The translations under genes and the position numbers were made by a program. A model generated the notes under the pieces. The model was given only the letters and a program-made list of their open reading frames with translations, made no database searches and was not told where the DNA came from. A stretch of DNA of 64,000 nt from Selaginella moellendorffii (Eukaryota; Plantae; Lycopodiophyta): the NCBI RefSeq assembly GCF_000143415.4, contig NW_003314416.1:191332-255331 (forward strand), written 5' to 3'. Shown one piece after another: positions 22,860-36,800 of this stretch. Positions within the stretch are counted from its first letter, which is position 1. Every line of letters begins with the position of its first letter.

Positions 22860-25800
22860 TGTTCCTTAGTCCAACTTTTATTGGTGCTCAAGTATATCAC
22901 CACTAGTGTTGGCATCGAAAGGTCCGAGGAGTGGGCCTATCCTTGAGGAGTAGCAAGTCGGGAAGACATAGCTCTCCATTACAGTTCATGTGTGAACTTG
23001 TAGACGAGGTGGTGGATAGAAAAGGGCCAATAATGGAACGACTTTGGGATCTTGGGAACAATGCAAGGTTTTCCTCATTGAGTTGAGGGTGTGATCCGGA
23101 TGAGCATTTGTCTCAGCAAATTGGCTAAGGTTGTTGTGGTAAACAACTAAAGTTGGGATCACGGGAAAGATAGAGACTCCAAAACAATAAAGGAGTCACA
23201 AGATTATCCTCATAAAGTTGAGGTTGGTGCTCATGAATGTGAGACCAGAGGTAATGACCGTGGGAGGTCAAATACGAAAGAGGACTCAAGTCCTTGAAAT
23301 GGTAGCCGGGGCTACCTTTAATAAATGCTGGAACAACCCAAGGAGTTGGGGGGTGTACTTAGAGATGAGTGGTATTCTCATCGCATGGACAAGTAGTCCT
23401 AAGGGGCAAAAGTTGCCCCCAGAGAACAAAATCAAGTGTCGGAGTAACACTTGTGAAAATAGTCCTTTTGAGTAGGATAGGAATGCAAGAAGTGTATTCC
23501 AGTGAGCTAGTGCCTCACAAGTAGAACCTTAAGGGTCTGTGGATTAACCAAGTCCAAAACTGCTGATGACTCAAGTAGAGTCAAGGGATGGTCCTAAAAG
23601 GACTGATGGAAGCATTTGGATTGAGGTGTGTTGTACCCCACAAAGGATGGGGGGGGATCATAGGATCCAAGGATGAGAACAGAGGGTATCTCATCGATGG
23701 CAAAATGTGCCATGTTAAAGTTATGGGAAATGTGTTCCCAGAAGAAAACAACTTTGACACAAAGTTGTGTGTGACCTCTATGGTGCAATGCTAATGGATG
23801 GTTGGCATGAGAAAGAGCGGTGTTGGTCTTGGCAAAGACATAAACACGAAGGGGAAGTGTCATAGAGGTAGGCTCGTGGAGCCGATGGTGTGGAGACACC
23901 AAATGTGCCAAGATGTGATACCTTGAGGCTATGTTGGTGGGTTCATGAGAACCCCTTGCCAAAGGAATCCCAATGGAAATGGGAATGGCATAGCCTAAGC
24001 TGCAGAGCATGCAGTTGGAGTGTGGTGACCCAAATAATGATGGAGGTGTGAAAGCACCAAGCAATGAGTTGTAGGACTTGACAACTATGAGGCAACTAAG
24101 CAAAAGGTGCAAAATAACTGGTTAAACGGGTAGAAGGTAGCTGCCCAAGACTTCTTAATAGCATAGGGAAGTCAGACATACCCTTACGGGGGATAAGTTG
24201 CTTGTGTTGCGATATAGTAAGTCAATGTCATAAAAGGGAATACTCATTGTCAAGAAAGCCATCATTGGGACACCCGAACACTCTAGAACACCAGAAGATG
24301 GTGTTTGATGTCGCGAGGGCAATGGATAAAGCCCAAGGGACTAAGTCCCTAGCGAATGATGGATAGAAGGTGCTATCCAAATGTCCAAGGTTGCGGAGAC
24401 AGGAGAGGACTGTCTACCCGAGTTGGACAAAGCCAAAAATGGAATTTTGGCAAGGCTAGTGATGGGCATGTAAAAGCCTATAAGCAACAATGTAATCCCA
24501 GTGTGTGGGATTATAAGGTGAGCATACCCGGATTGAGGAACCACTCCCTGGGCTATTTGGTAGGTTCATCCCTAAGAATACTTGCTAAGGCATGATAGAA
24601 AGTGCAAAGCTATCCTCCTGGTCTGGAGGAGAATGACCGAAGGAAAGGTGTGAAGCCAAAAGTAAGAAGTAAGGGGATGGAACCGAACCATAGGAATCGA
24701 AGGGCATAACCAAGGTTGGTTATGCCAGCTGGGAGTGGAGAATCAAGTGGGGGCTCGAGGGTGTTGCCACTAGCAACCGGGATGCCATGGAGAGTCTAAA
24801 ATATAGAATTGTCCATGTTAGACTATGTGGCAATTGGAAAGCTTGCAAAAAGGGAGGCCTTAGCAAGCTAAGGGACAAAGTTCCTTCAAGGTTCCCGAAG
24901 ACGATTCTAGGTAGCTTAGTACCTAGAAAGGCCAAGTGTAAATGGTTCATAGAACGCGCGAAATCAGAGTGGCGCAGCAGAAGCGTGGTCTTGAAGCTTG
25001 CCATGAGGCAAGGCTGTCAAGGTTAGGGAAGTAGTTCCCGAGTGTTCAAAGAGAAGGCTTTGAACGAAAGTCGATGGTTAAGGACTTTCACGCTTGTGCA
25101 GGAACCATGTTACAGTGGTCGGAGGACTTGCCAAAGCGAGATTGGCAAGTCAGGGGAACGAATACCCTAGTTGAAGGTGCTAACTTCGAAAGGGTGGCCC
25201 AGGGGGCCAAGCATGGAGGAGTCCATGCATGATCACAAACATGTCAAGTGAGAGGACTTGGCAGTGTGGAGGAACTAGGTTCCTAAGCTGTGATCTGTAG
25301 CGCGCTTTAAAAATAAGTTGGTGCACCGGCGTGGGGAGTCACGCCAGGCATCTTGTGTGATGCTGTCCGTAGATGCATATACGGAGGTTGGGTTCGAGTC
25401 CCGACCCTCTAGTGCTTGGGTTCGAGTCCCAAATCACTAGGGCGTGGTGATGGTTTGGAATATGAGGACACTCATATTTCGGTGGTCATGGACTCTCAGT
25501 GTGGAGACTGGTTTGGGCACACCGCCAAGCGAGGGATGCCTCGGAGTCGTGATGCATGGTTAGATTGCTTTGTATGGCTCAGCATATCTAACTTGAACAC
25601 TTTGGTGCAAGTGGCACCAAGGACATGGTGAATGAGATGGGGACACCCAGCCTTAGTTGCTATGGACCCTTGGCCGGAAGGGCTGGCTTGGGCGCACCGC
25701 CAAGTGTGGGGGATGCCCCCGGGGTTGTAGTTAACAAGTTAAAGGTCGGGAAGACCTAGTATCTATTGGCAAACCTGTTAAGGTGCCGAGGTGAGATCAC

Positions 25801-26760
25801 TAGGTGATCTTGTGGCTAAATAAGGACAAGGTCCTTGTTTGGACTAAGGAATAAGGTTCCTAGTTCAAAGTGTTGATTTGAACTATTGATGATGGTGTGG
25901 CTTGGTCAAGGTGACCAAGTGGGAAAAGCACCTTAGGTAAATGAGCTATGTCATTGCGATGGCATAGTGTGTCCAAAGAAAGTAGTCTCTAAAGAGACCC
26001 ATGGGAGGGTCACAAAGTTGGGCCGTGGATAGAGCCCACAGCAGAAGATGCTAAAAGAGACTTACTAGGGGTGAACACCCTAGTCTTGGCAAAGCAGAGT
26101 CTTTGCTATGGAATCAAAAGAATACCTCAAGGAGGGAGGTAGAGATTCGATGTTGCTTGGTGCAACAATCAACGGATAGGAGCAAAAGATGAGTGGCCAA
26201 GATAGGGCCGTGGAATCCCTTGGAAGGAATCCAAGTGACAAAGTTAGGCGAGGAACACTAATGTGTTGGACGCTAACAAATTGCGGAAAAGGAAGTGTGT
26301 TTCCAAGGATGAATTCCGAATTGCTCTAATTTGGCGAAAGTGGAAGCTCCAAGGGAGGGAGTGGTAAGGTAGCCAAATGATAGGGTCATGGACAGCCCTA
26401 GCACAAAGTATGATAAATGGAACTTAGTGCCCAAGGTGGCACGAAATAGAAGAGAGGATGATGGTGCCCTCAAGTAATGAGCTTCCTAGGATGGGGAGGT
26501 GGAGTTGCACAATCTGTGCAATACAAGGTGTTGGAGACACCTAGGAAATTGACTTCCAAAAGTCAAAAGAGTAAAAGTTCCAAGATGCAAACGTTCAATA
26601 GATGGAAATTGAGACTACTCGAGAAGGAGTAGTGCGATTGACTTAAAGAAGGGTCTCTAAGAGGTTTAGCGAGAACTAAACCAATAAAAGGAGAGCACCA
26701 CTACATGTGGTCCAATCAGTCTCTAAGTTGGAGAGACTACCCTCCTTAGAGGATAGGCAA

Positions 26761-26895
26761 GGCATGGTGAGCCTTTGGTGTCAACCCATTGAGGCATATG
26801 CAAAAGGCATGGTGAGCCTTCAATGTCAAACCATTGACGAATATGGAGAAGGCATGGTGAGCCTTCAATGTCAAACCATTGACAAATATTGGCTA
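26761..26895 (+). repeat. 3 x 45-bp tandem repeat upstream of the PPT
   Basis: ggcatggtgagcctt...tgtcaa.ccattga.. units start at 26761, 26806 and 26851. Confidence 0.85.
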
Positions 26896-29800
26896 GGTGC
26901 CAAGGATGGAAATGGTAACACATGCGAGTGTTACTTTACAAAATGGTTTACCGTTCGATGAGGACATCGAACTTCGTCTATGGGTGGTGGAGTTGTGAGA
27001 CACAAAATCCCTAGGCCCCAAAGTGGAGCCGGAAGGGCACCACGTGGTAGTGGCCGAAGCGAGAGCCAAACGAGCGTAACACGTTTGGACCAAAAGCTCC
27101 GACTTGAAAAGTCAAGAGCGGGAGTGGAACTCCCAACGAAGTGCTCGAGGAATGAGCACGAAGCGAGCCATAGGCGAGGCTCCAAAAAGGGACCCAAAAA
27201 GGACCAACACATGACACGTGGAAGTGTCCGAGATGGACCCGAGTTGGGGTCCGAAGTGGAGTCCGAGATGGACCTGAGATGGAGTCCGAGATGGAGTCCG
27301 AGATGGACCCGAGATGGAGTCCGAGATGGAGTCCGAGAAGGAGTCCGAGATGCACCGAGACGGAGTCCGATATGGAGTCCGAGATGGACCTGAGATGGGG
27401 TCCGAGATGGAGTCCGAGATGGAGTCCGAAGTGGAGTCCGAGATGGACCCGAGATGGAGTCCGAGATGGAGTCCGAGATGGACCCGAGATGGAGTCCGAG
27501 ATGGAGTCCGAGAAGGAGTCCGAGATGGACCGAGACGGAGTCCGATATGGAGTCCGAGATGGACCCGAGATGGGGTCCGAGATGGAGTCCGAGATGGAGT
27601 CCGATATGGAGTCCGAGATAGACCCGAGATGGGGTCTGAGATGGAGTCCGAGATGGACCGAGACGGAGTCCGATATGGAGTCCGAGATGGACCCGAGATG
27701 GGACCCGAGATGGAGTCCGAGATGGAACCGAAACCGAGACCGAGATGGAACCGAAACCGAGACCGAGACCGAGGCCGAGACCGAGACCGAGACCGAGTCC
27801 GAGTCCGAAACCGGGACCGAGACCGAGTCCGAGTCCAAGTTCGAGCCCGAGTCCGAGTCCGAATACTAATACAGGCAGTTGGGTGAAAGCCCAAAGCGAT
27901 CGTCCCCCAGGGGTGGGGGGGCTGCGGGGGGTTCCAAAAGTATAGTAGGGAGAGTGTGGGGGTTGGAGCCCAGTGGAGCCAGTTTGGCCAGGAAGGGCCA
28001 GTTTGGCCCAGGAAGGACCAGTTTGGTCCAGGGAGGCCATACCCAGTGTTGGGTGATGAATTGACCACTGGGAAGTCCAAGACTAGAGTGAATACGGACC
28101 GACAAGCGGGGTAGCTTGGGGAAGTGTTCAAGAGCCGGCTCTAGTTCCCCGGGAGATCGACTAGCCGATGCTCCCAGTCCAAGTGTGGGTGGCACTACCT
28201 ACTTGGATACCTGGCGCGGCTCAACGGAACCTCGCTCTAAGCCCATGGCTAGAGCACCCAAAGGCGGAAGGCGGGGAGAGTACCCATGAGGCCTGCGTAG
28301 GGCCACGGTGTTCTGAAATGGTGTCCCAAAGTCCCAGATTGTGGAAAGGAAGAGGAGTAGCCTCTGGTGTGGTGACCAAGGACACAGTCACATGGTGAAG
28401 AAGTCCCAGAGGATAGTGGGACTTAGTGGTCGGGCCGGTGGGCCTTGATCCAGTGGCAGTGTTGGCGAACACAGCCATGGACAGAAAGGAACTTGGTGGG
28501 GACCGGAATAGAGATATTGGGGAAGGCTATTCCCCATGTCTGTAGGCATCCTAAGGATGTCAAGGAGTGGATCTGGGATGATCACTCATGGATGGATGAC
28601 CCAGTCTTTGAGAGACGGGATTGGAATGCAGGTGGTGTTGGACCACCAGTGTGACCAAGGTAAATGGGCATGGCCTTAGCGTAACGGGCCGATACGTCGG
28701 TGGTACCTTGGGGTGTCGATCATGGGATCGGACACGTGGAGCACTTGGACCAAGTGCTAAGGTTGAGTGGCATGGATGCCATTCTCGGGGCTAGCAAGCC
28801 CCAAGTCCTGAGTTGGACTTATGGAGGTTGTGAATGAGACTCCTCCAAGTGGTCGGAGGTGTGGTTAAGTGACTAAAGTAGAATGGAAAATTTAGTCGCT
28901 TACAGTGAGGCCTCATGCCATTCCGACGAGGCTGGTCGCCCGGTGAATGCACAGCGTCATCCAAACGAAGCAGAATCTCAAGGAAGTTCTTGCGGCCGAT
29001 GTGGCCTTCCACCCCATCTTCTGCTCCAAACAGACAATGCTGGCAGTGAGAACAAAAACATGTATGTCTTCGCATACTTGGTGATGCTTGTTGCCAAAGG
29101 CATATTTGAAACGGTTACACTTGGCTTTCTCATGGTTGGGCACACTCATGAAGACGTCGATGCCATGTTCAGTCACCTGGCAGAGTCCCTCCGGCGATCC
29201 AATATCCTCACCCTCCCACAACTCTACGATGAATTCCAAAATTGCATCAAAGGCACTGTTGAAGCTGCACTTGTGACAGAGGTTCCAGACTTTAAGGGGT
29301 TTGTAAGAGGCTACATCAGGGACGGATCCGAAACGCTGATTGGCCACTCCAAGCCTCTTCAGTTTCATTTCAGCATGCGTGACGGTGCTCCAGTGATGAG
29401 GTACAAGATGAGAGAATGGGACACAGTGTGGCTGCCAGTGGACGGCATTGAACTCTTCAAGAGAGATCCCATAACTGGGGAACCTATGATTCCTCAGGGT
29501 TCCCCACGGCCGATGCACCTGGATGGACTGAAAGACCAGGAAAGTATAGTGGCCGGGATTAGACAGCATATTGCCTTCTAGAAGAGGGGGTTGGTGTTTG
29601 GTGGAGAATCCTATTTTCAGAGGTGCAAGCCTTTGATCGAATACTGGGAGAAGATTATATCTGCTATCCAAAATGGGCCTGTTGTATATGAAGAATTGGA
29701 AGAGTCCTTTTGGCCAGAACCCAGAGCACCAGATAGTAGCGGAACAATGTCCTCTGGAAATGCAGTGATAGATAACGATGTTGAGGATCACTATTGTGGG

Positions 29801-31778
29801 CCGAGGAACAAGAAGCCGGATTCAGCATTCAATCCAGTACAGGTCTGCAAAGGAATGGTCGTGCTTGTCAGACCCAGTAATAAAAAACAAATGATATGGG
29901 TGGGGCGCTGCATCACTGATGCAGAGGAGGACGCGGAAACTAACTCCTTCAATGTAACTGTGGAGTGGTTCAAGCCAAGTTCCGGATATACGAAGGATTG
30001 CCTAGAAAAGAGATGGGTGCTGAATCCAAGGGATCCCAGCATGAGCATATCGGTGGATAATGTTGTGCATGGTTGGATGCGGAAGCAGAGTGCCACCATC
30101 ACCTTGCCAGACCATGCAAGAGATGCAGCAAGAGCATTCATAACCCGGGTTCAAGGTGAGATTCATTAATATTCCTTTACTAAGTTTCTAATGTATTTTA
30201 TTTCAAGGTGAACAATCCGAATCTGAATAAGAGGAGGTGTGATGGCATGTGGCCTTACGCCATTCCTAGGTGAGATGATACAAATAACAAGTATAAATTC
30301 TTAGTTGTTCTAGCAAATCTTACTTAAAGTTCAAGGTGAACAAGCCGAATATGAATTCATCGGATTGTTATAACAAATTGCGAGGTGATGGCATGAGGCG
30401 ATACGCCATTTGAAAGTGGTAGCCATTCCTATATGAGGTGAGTGAAATATTTATTAGAAATACCTCATTCAATTGTGCACTTCTAAGTCTTGGTCCACTC
30501 AGTACTATTTGCATGTTTCTATTTTAATTCTTTCTCTAAAATGTTATTTAGCATGTGGCTTCATGCCATTGCTCTCCACAATCATGCATTGAATTTTTCT
30601 ATACTTCTCCATATATATAGCATGTGCGCACATGTGATATGGTTCATTAGGCCTGATATAGTGTGTGAGGTAAAACAAAGATGATGTGACATATGCATTT
30701 ACCAATCACACGTGCATAAATCTAATAATATGGCGTGTGGCCCATATTAATGGCACATAAACCCATATTGTGGGCTTACGTGCTTTATGTACCATCATTC
30801 CCTTGCAGCGTGTGTGTTGGTTTCCTTTTATAACACAACGAACTCCATATTTTAGGGTGAAGAGCGTTCTCATGGCAAGCACAAAATCTGTAAGTGAGGC
30901 AGAAAAAGGAGACGGAGAAGGAGATAGGTGAAGATGTAGAATATATAAGTCTTCCAAACTCCCCGTACTATACTCCAGGTGATCATTTTTCTGAACAAAC
31001 GGCAACATTAACAACTATCGAGAACGCCCCAGTAACGTCAGAGACAACAATCCAAAGCAAAACAACTGACCCGGAGAAGGATGATAGTACCGCTGAGAGT
31101 ACCAAAAAGGAGGTGTCCACTAGCGCTTAGGCTTATAATGGCGTGTGCCCTCATGCCATTTACTTGATCACCAAATACCTTTTTCCCTTTGCACTAGTAT
31201 ATCTTAATACCGGTCTGAGAAATAGAATGGCATGTGCCCTCAGGCCTTTTACTAAATCACCTTTGAAAGAAATGCAAGCCTCTATGTCGTAAAAAAAAGG
31301 TACTTAATTCCTTAAGAGAGAAATTCCTTAATAATATGAATGTTATTTAGTTTCATGAAAATGCACTAAGGGTCAAATGAGTTAAATGACTTCTCCAGAC
31401 TAGCAATGCCTCTTGCTACACCTTCACAATTAGATTCGTTAGAAAAAGATAACATTGAATAATATCTAAATGTTCTCACCATTAAGTTATATGTCTGGCT
31501 AATAGGAATGACGTTCATTTTGGAAAGCTCACCACACGCTCAATGAACAAACAAATAGTGTGTGCGCGCATGCCATCGCTCTTCTTTAGCTTCAGATTCG
31601 GCTTGTTCACCTTGACAATGAGATTTATTATACAACCAGATGGACTCAGTCTGGACACAAAGTCACCGCGCTAGTCACCATGCCCCAGATATGTCTAGCC
31701 CCTGGACAAAAAACATATAATTTCACGTCATTTTCAAATACTTGAAAATTTGTACCTAGTCCCATTTTACTGAATAAA

Positions 31779-31802
31779 TCCAACTTTAACGAAATAGAGC
31801 AT
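31779..31802 (-). repeat. Right TIR of copy B
   Basis: TCCAACTTTAACGAAATAGAGCAT, two mismatches to the copy A right TIR. Confidence 0.85.
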
Positions 31803-33864
31803 TCTTGGAGGTGTGTTGATGCAAGAGAGCTCGAGTGTGCCTGGTCAACGCCATCCTATTGCGTATATAAGCCATACATTACAACCAGCAGAGATGAACT
31901 ACTCCACGACGAAGAAGGAGTGTTTAGCAGCAGTTTGGGGTTTCGAGAAACTTCATGCATATTTACATGGTTCTCGGACATTACTTGAAGGTGACCATGC
32001 TACTGTTACTTCATTATTGAAGCGGAAGTACCTGGTTGGTCGTACTGCTCGGTGGGCTTTAAAGCTTCAGATATATGATTTTGATGTTGTTCATCGCCCA
32101 GGGAGTTCTATGGCTGATGCTGATGCCCTTTCTCGAGCTCCTCTTCCTTCTTCACTCACTTCTCATGTTTCTGACGAGCCTGTTGTTCCAACATCTGTGG
32201 ATTTTCTACACGAGGATTCTGTGCCGTTGGCGGTTGCTGTCCTTGACGTTCAGTGTCCACAAGGCGTAGAGCAAGATCTACCTTCTCTTGATGATGTTCG
32301 CGAGGCTCAAAAGATTGAGCCGTGGATTCAAAGGGTTCGAAATGGGTTTGAGAATCCTGCATCACTTGCTGATGACTTGCCTTTCTGGCATTTACATTCT
32401 CAATATCGCCTTGAAGATGGCCTTCTTTATTTTGTGGGGACGGATCCTGTGGATCATTTACGGCTGGTGGTGCCTTCTGTCTTTATTCCGCAGCATCTCC
32501 GGCCAATCATGGTAGGCATGGACCATGATTCTCCTGTTCTAGGTGGGCATATGGGACACCGTCGTGTAACCGAGAAGCTGCGCAGTTCTTTTTATTAGCT
32601 GGAGATGCGACGTGATGTTATCCGGTATGTGCGTAGCTGCATTTGGTGCCAAGCTCGTAATACTCCCCCTCGTGCTGCGGAAGGACAGTTGGAGTCAATT
32701 GCGGTTTCCCGTCCATTTGAGTTGGTGGCGTTTGATCTTATGGGACCTTTTCCACGGTCGACTACTGGCAATGAGTATGTTATTATTGCTTCTGACTACT
32801 TGACTCGTTGGGTGGAAGTTGGTGCTCTTGCTAGCGCCTCTGCAACTGCTGTTGGCTACTTCCTCCTCAATCGAGTGGTGTTCCAGCATTCTTGTCCAGA
32901 GCGGATTCTTTCGGATAATGATCCCGCATTTATGGCTGAGGTATTTCATGTTTTGACGTCTCGGTTGGGGATACGCCACACTTTCACGAGTGCTTATCAT
33001 TCACAATCAGACGGTCTGGTGGAGCGGCTCGTTCGGACATTCAAAGGGATGATTGCGAAGTATGTGAACTTTCAGCATTCAGATTGGGATGGTTATTTGC
33101 CGTCTTTTCAGTATGCATATGTCACGGGGGTGCAAAGTTCTGTTGGTGCTTCACCATATAAACTCCTATATGGTCATAATCCAATATTACCAACGGAGCT
33201 GGGTTTACCTTCGCGATTGCCGCGAGCTGCCGATGCTAGGTCGTGGGATCAGTATTTGACGAGCATTCTTCCACTAGTCCGAGCAGAGTCTGCCGAACAC
33301 TTAGGCCGCATACAAGTAGGACAACAACGGCGCTATAACTCTCATCATCGTCCACCTGCGGAGTACAAAGTGGATGATTTGGTGTTAGTCCGTTTTCCCC
33401 ATCTTACGGTACGTGGTTTATCTAAGGGACTTCTTGCGCAGTGGAAAAGACCGTATCAGGTGTTGCGGCAAGTTGGATCACAAGTTTATGAGGTTCAGCA
33501 TGACGTTCAGCAGACCGATCCTCCAGAGATTGTGCATGGGCAGCGGCTGAAACACTTCGTACAAAGGGATCAGGAGCAGTTAATGCCACCTACAGATCCA
33601 CCAATGCCTCCTCCTAATGTTCCTCCAGATCCCAGCCCATCTACAAGAGAACCCTGATGGTCTTCCATTATTCCGAGAGGAGAGGATGATGTGAGGGCCA
33701 AGTGTACGGTTACGATGCCGTATACTAATATTAGTGTAGTGGGATTTTGGTAGCCGTCGGATTGGTTTCAATCCGGACCACTCGCTCCTGTATATAAGCT
33801 AGGGTTTCTGGGCTAATGGATATGCACATTTCTGTATTCCCTTTCCATATTCCATGCACTCACA
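31803..33864 (+). mobile_element. 5'-truncated Ty3/gypsy element (RNase H C-terminus, integrase, 3' LTR 33690-33864)
   Basis: ORFs 31813-32598 (NYSTTKKECLAAVW, DADALSR, GGHMG) and 32605-33657 (CIWCQ, DLMGP, SDND, DGLVER). PPT gagaggagaggatga. Confidence 0.9.
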
Positions 33865-33896
33865 ATATTAATTTTAATATATGTTTTAAATAATAT

Positions 33897-36800
33897 TGTG
33901 AGGGCCAAGTGTACGGCTACGGTGCCGTATAATAATATTAGCGTAGTGGGATTTTGGTAGCCGTCAGATTGGTTTCAATCCGGACCACATTGGCTTCAAT
34001 CCGGACCTCTCGCTCCTGTATATAAGCTAGGGTTTTTGGGCTAATTGATATGCACATTTCTCTAATCCCTTTCTATATTCCATGCATTGGTGGAGGTGAG
34101 GGGCACCTTTGATTGTCCCTGGGGAGTACTTGGATTTGGGATTTCGATTTAGATTTAACTTTTGCATCGTCTAGATCTAGCTTTTTCCATTTCCTTTCTT
34201 TTTGTTCTTTCCTTTCAGGATTTTGGTTTAGATGTAGCTTTTTGCATTGTCTAGATCTACCATTTCTTTCCAGCTTTTTGTCATTTCTCTTCTTTTACTC
34301 TTTCTTTTTCGTTCATCTTCATGGTCGATCAGCAATCTCCTCCTTTGACTCTAGAGTAGTAGTTGGTTCAATTGCTTGATGCTATGCGCTTGCAATTGAA
34401 TAACCAAACTCAATTGATGGCAGCATTCACGGCACATGGTCCAACTCCTCCTGCTCTTGGTGCCAATCCTCACGTTCGGCCGGAGTTTTTTCGTGGGAAT
34501 CCTGGGGATGATGTGTACCATTGGTTCGATCACTTCACGGTGATTGCCACATATCATTATTGGGATGATGCTCGACGTTTGCGTGAGTTTCCCACGTGTT
34601 TCAAAGGGACGGCGTTGCAGTGGTACAATGGATTGAGTGCGGCCACTCATGGGGATTGGAGTGTTCTTCCGGACGTCTTCAAACACACCTTCGGACATGC
34701 CGACGATTCCGACGATGCCTTCCAACAATTGCATGGTCTTCGCCAAGGGCCATCTGAGTTGGTGATGCAATTTGGCATTTGTTTCCAAAGTCTTTTGCTT
34801 CGTGCGGAGCCTAATATGTCGGAGCGGATCAAGCTAGGAATGTTGTGGCTAGCACTTTGTCAAGATCTTGTCGGCCTTATGCATGCACTTGCTCCTACAA
34901 CCCTTGACGATGCTCTTCGCTTGGCACAACGTTATGAAACGTGGCCTCTTCCACTTCTTGCTGCATGTCCTTCTGCTCCACTTCGTATGAGTGATGGTCC
35001 TGTTCCAATGGAGGTTGATGCTGCTACTACTCAAGTCCAACGACAAGGGCGAGGACGTGGTCGTGGCCGTGATGTTCGTTGCTGGGCGTGTGATGAAGTT
35101 GGTCATACTTATCGGCGTTGTCGGCGCTTTCCAGATTGGTGACCTCCATTTTCTGGGTGGAGACCTTGGCGTCAGCAACGTCCCGTTGGTGCTGCTGCGG
35201 TGGAAGGTTTGGACACCGAGGTGCATTCGGGAAACGAGGAGTCACGCGAGTAATGGAGGGACCTTGCGCGAATAAGTTAGTGACCCCTCCATCTTTCTTT
35301 CGGGAATATCATCAAGGGGTTCACTGGGCACCAGTTCATCCAGTGATTACTTTCCAAGCTCGTTTTTATAACAAGAGGTCTCCTATTATTCTCTCCGTGT
35401 TGGTTGATACAGGTTTGAGTTTATCTTCTATTGCTCGACCTGTTGCCACACGTTGTCGTCTACACTTGTGTCGTGCGGTGGATCCAATTTTCATTCTTTA
35501 TGGCAACAGCCGTACACATGCATGTGCACGAGATGAGGCAAACTTGGTTGTGCGTGTGGGCGATCTCGAGCTTGAGTTGCAGTCGTTGCGGGTGGTGCCG
35601 AGTCAAGCTTTTGACCTCATTCTTGGTATGGATTGGTTGCAGCACAATCATGCCAAGTGTGACTTTGAAGCTTCTCCCCCTTGTCTCATACTTCCTTATG
35701 TTTCATCCATTCCTCTCACTTTCGTACCTCTTCGTCCCGCTACTTCTACCTCTGTTTCCATTACTTTTGTTCCCCTAGTATTTCCTCCTATATTTCCATC
35801 TTGTTCTGCTCTTCCCTTTTTCGATCCCTCTGATGATCTTTGTGTTGCAGCTGTTGACCGGCTCATGAAGGAGTATTCTGATCTCTTTGATTTTGACCTA
35901 TTGTCTAGGGCCAAGATTGCCACACGTCATCCGATTCCAACCGGGGATGCTCGTCCAATCAAGGTTCTTGTTCGTCATTGGTCACCCAAGGAGATCAAGA
36001 TTTTACGTGCAAACGTCAAGGAGATGTTGGAGAAGGGTGTTATTCAAAAGTCGCGGAATCCTTAGGCATGTGAACTTCATCTTGTGACGAAGCCTGATGG
36101 GAGTATTCGTTTCTGCATCGACTATCGTAAGTTAAAGGAAGTGACGATCCCGGATGTGTACCCTCTTCCTCACACTGCTGATCTCCTGGATTGTCTAGGG
36201 CGAAGTCGTTGGTTTACCAAGCTAGATCTTGCTTCTGGGTATTGGCAAGTACCGATGGCCGCAGAAGATATTCCTAAGATTGCTTTTCGTACACCATTTG
36301 GTTTGTATGAGTTCTTGGTGATGCCGTTTTGTTTGAACAACGCTCCAGCAACTTTCCAGCGGATGATGGACGAGGTTCTTTGTGATATGCCAGAGGTGAC
36401 TGCCGACTTCATTGATGATGTCTTGATTCACTCGGAGGGGACGTGGGAGGAGCACATTCGTGATGTTTGTAAAGTGTTGGATCGGCTACGCGATGTTGGT
36501 TTAAAGCTGAAGCGGTCGAAGTGCGTGTTTGGGTCCAAGGATACAACTTATCTTGGGTACCGTATTTCTCGTGAGGGTTTGCAAGTTGATCCTGACAAAC
36601 TTGTGGCTGTTCTAAAGTTCCCTACTCCGAAATGTGTGAATGATGTGCAGCGCTTCTTGGGCAAGGTGCAGTATCTCGGTCGTTTTGTGGATCATCTTTT
36701 TGATCACACTGCACCATTGCGACTGTTGCTAAAGTCATCAATGTCATCTTTCATTTGGTCTCCGGATTGTGAGCGGGTGTTCGTGGATCTCAAAGAGTTA

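Larger units (their letters stand above)
21063..28904 (+). mobile_element. Non-autonomous (LARD-like) LTR retrotransposon
   Basis: LTRs 21063-22844 and 26994-28904 (TGTGAGAC...GCTTACA). 5-bp TSD GTGAG (21058-21062 / 28905-28909). PBS at 22848 and a G-rich PPT before 26994. No gag/pol ORF in the 4.1-kb interior. Confidence 0.9.
19497..30169 (+). pseudogene. Transposase of copy B, split by an LTR insertion
   Basis: 19497-21062 and 28905-30169 match 209-3277. Carries a ~245-bp 5' deletion at ~19503 and stops at ~19555, 19857 and 29579. Confidence 0.9.
12123..31802 (+). mobile_element. Large TIR DNA transposon copy B (both ends present; internal deletions; interrupted by an LTR element at 21063-28904)
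   Basis: Left TIR 12123-12146, right TIR 31779-31802. Two divergent genes. Left part homologous to 50648-54770 plus 63721-64000, right part to 1-4878. No TSD. Confidence 0.88.

Noticed and set aside
25386-25440. tRNA gene
   Set aside because: Only T-arm-like hairpins; no D arm, anticodon arm or acceptor stem found.
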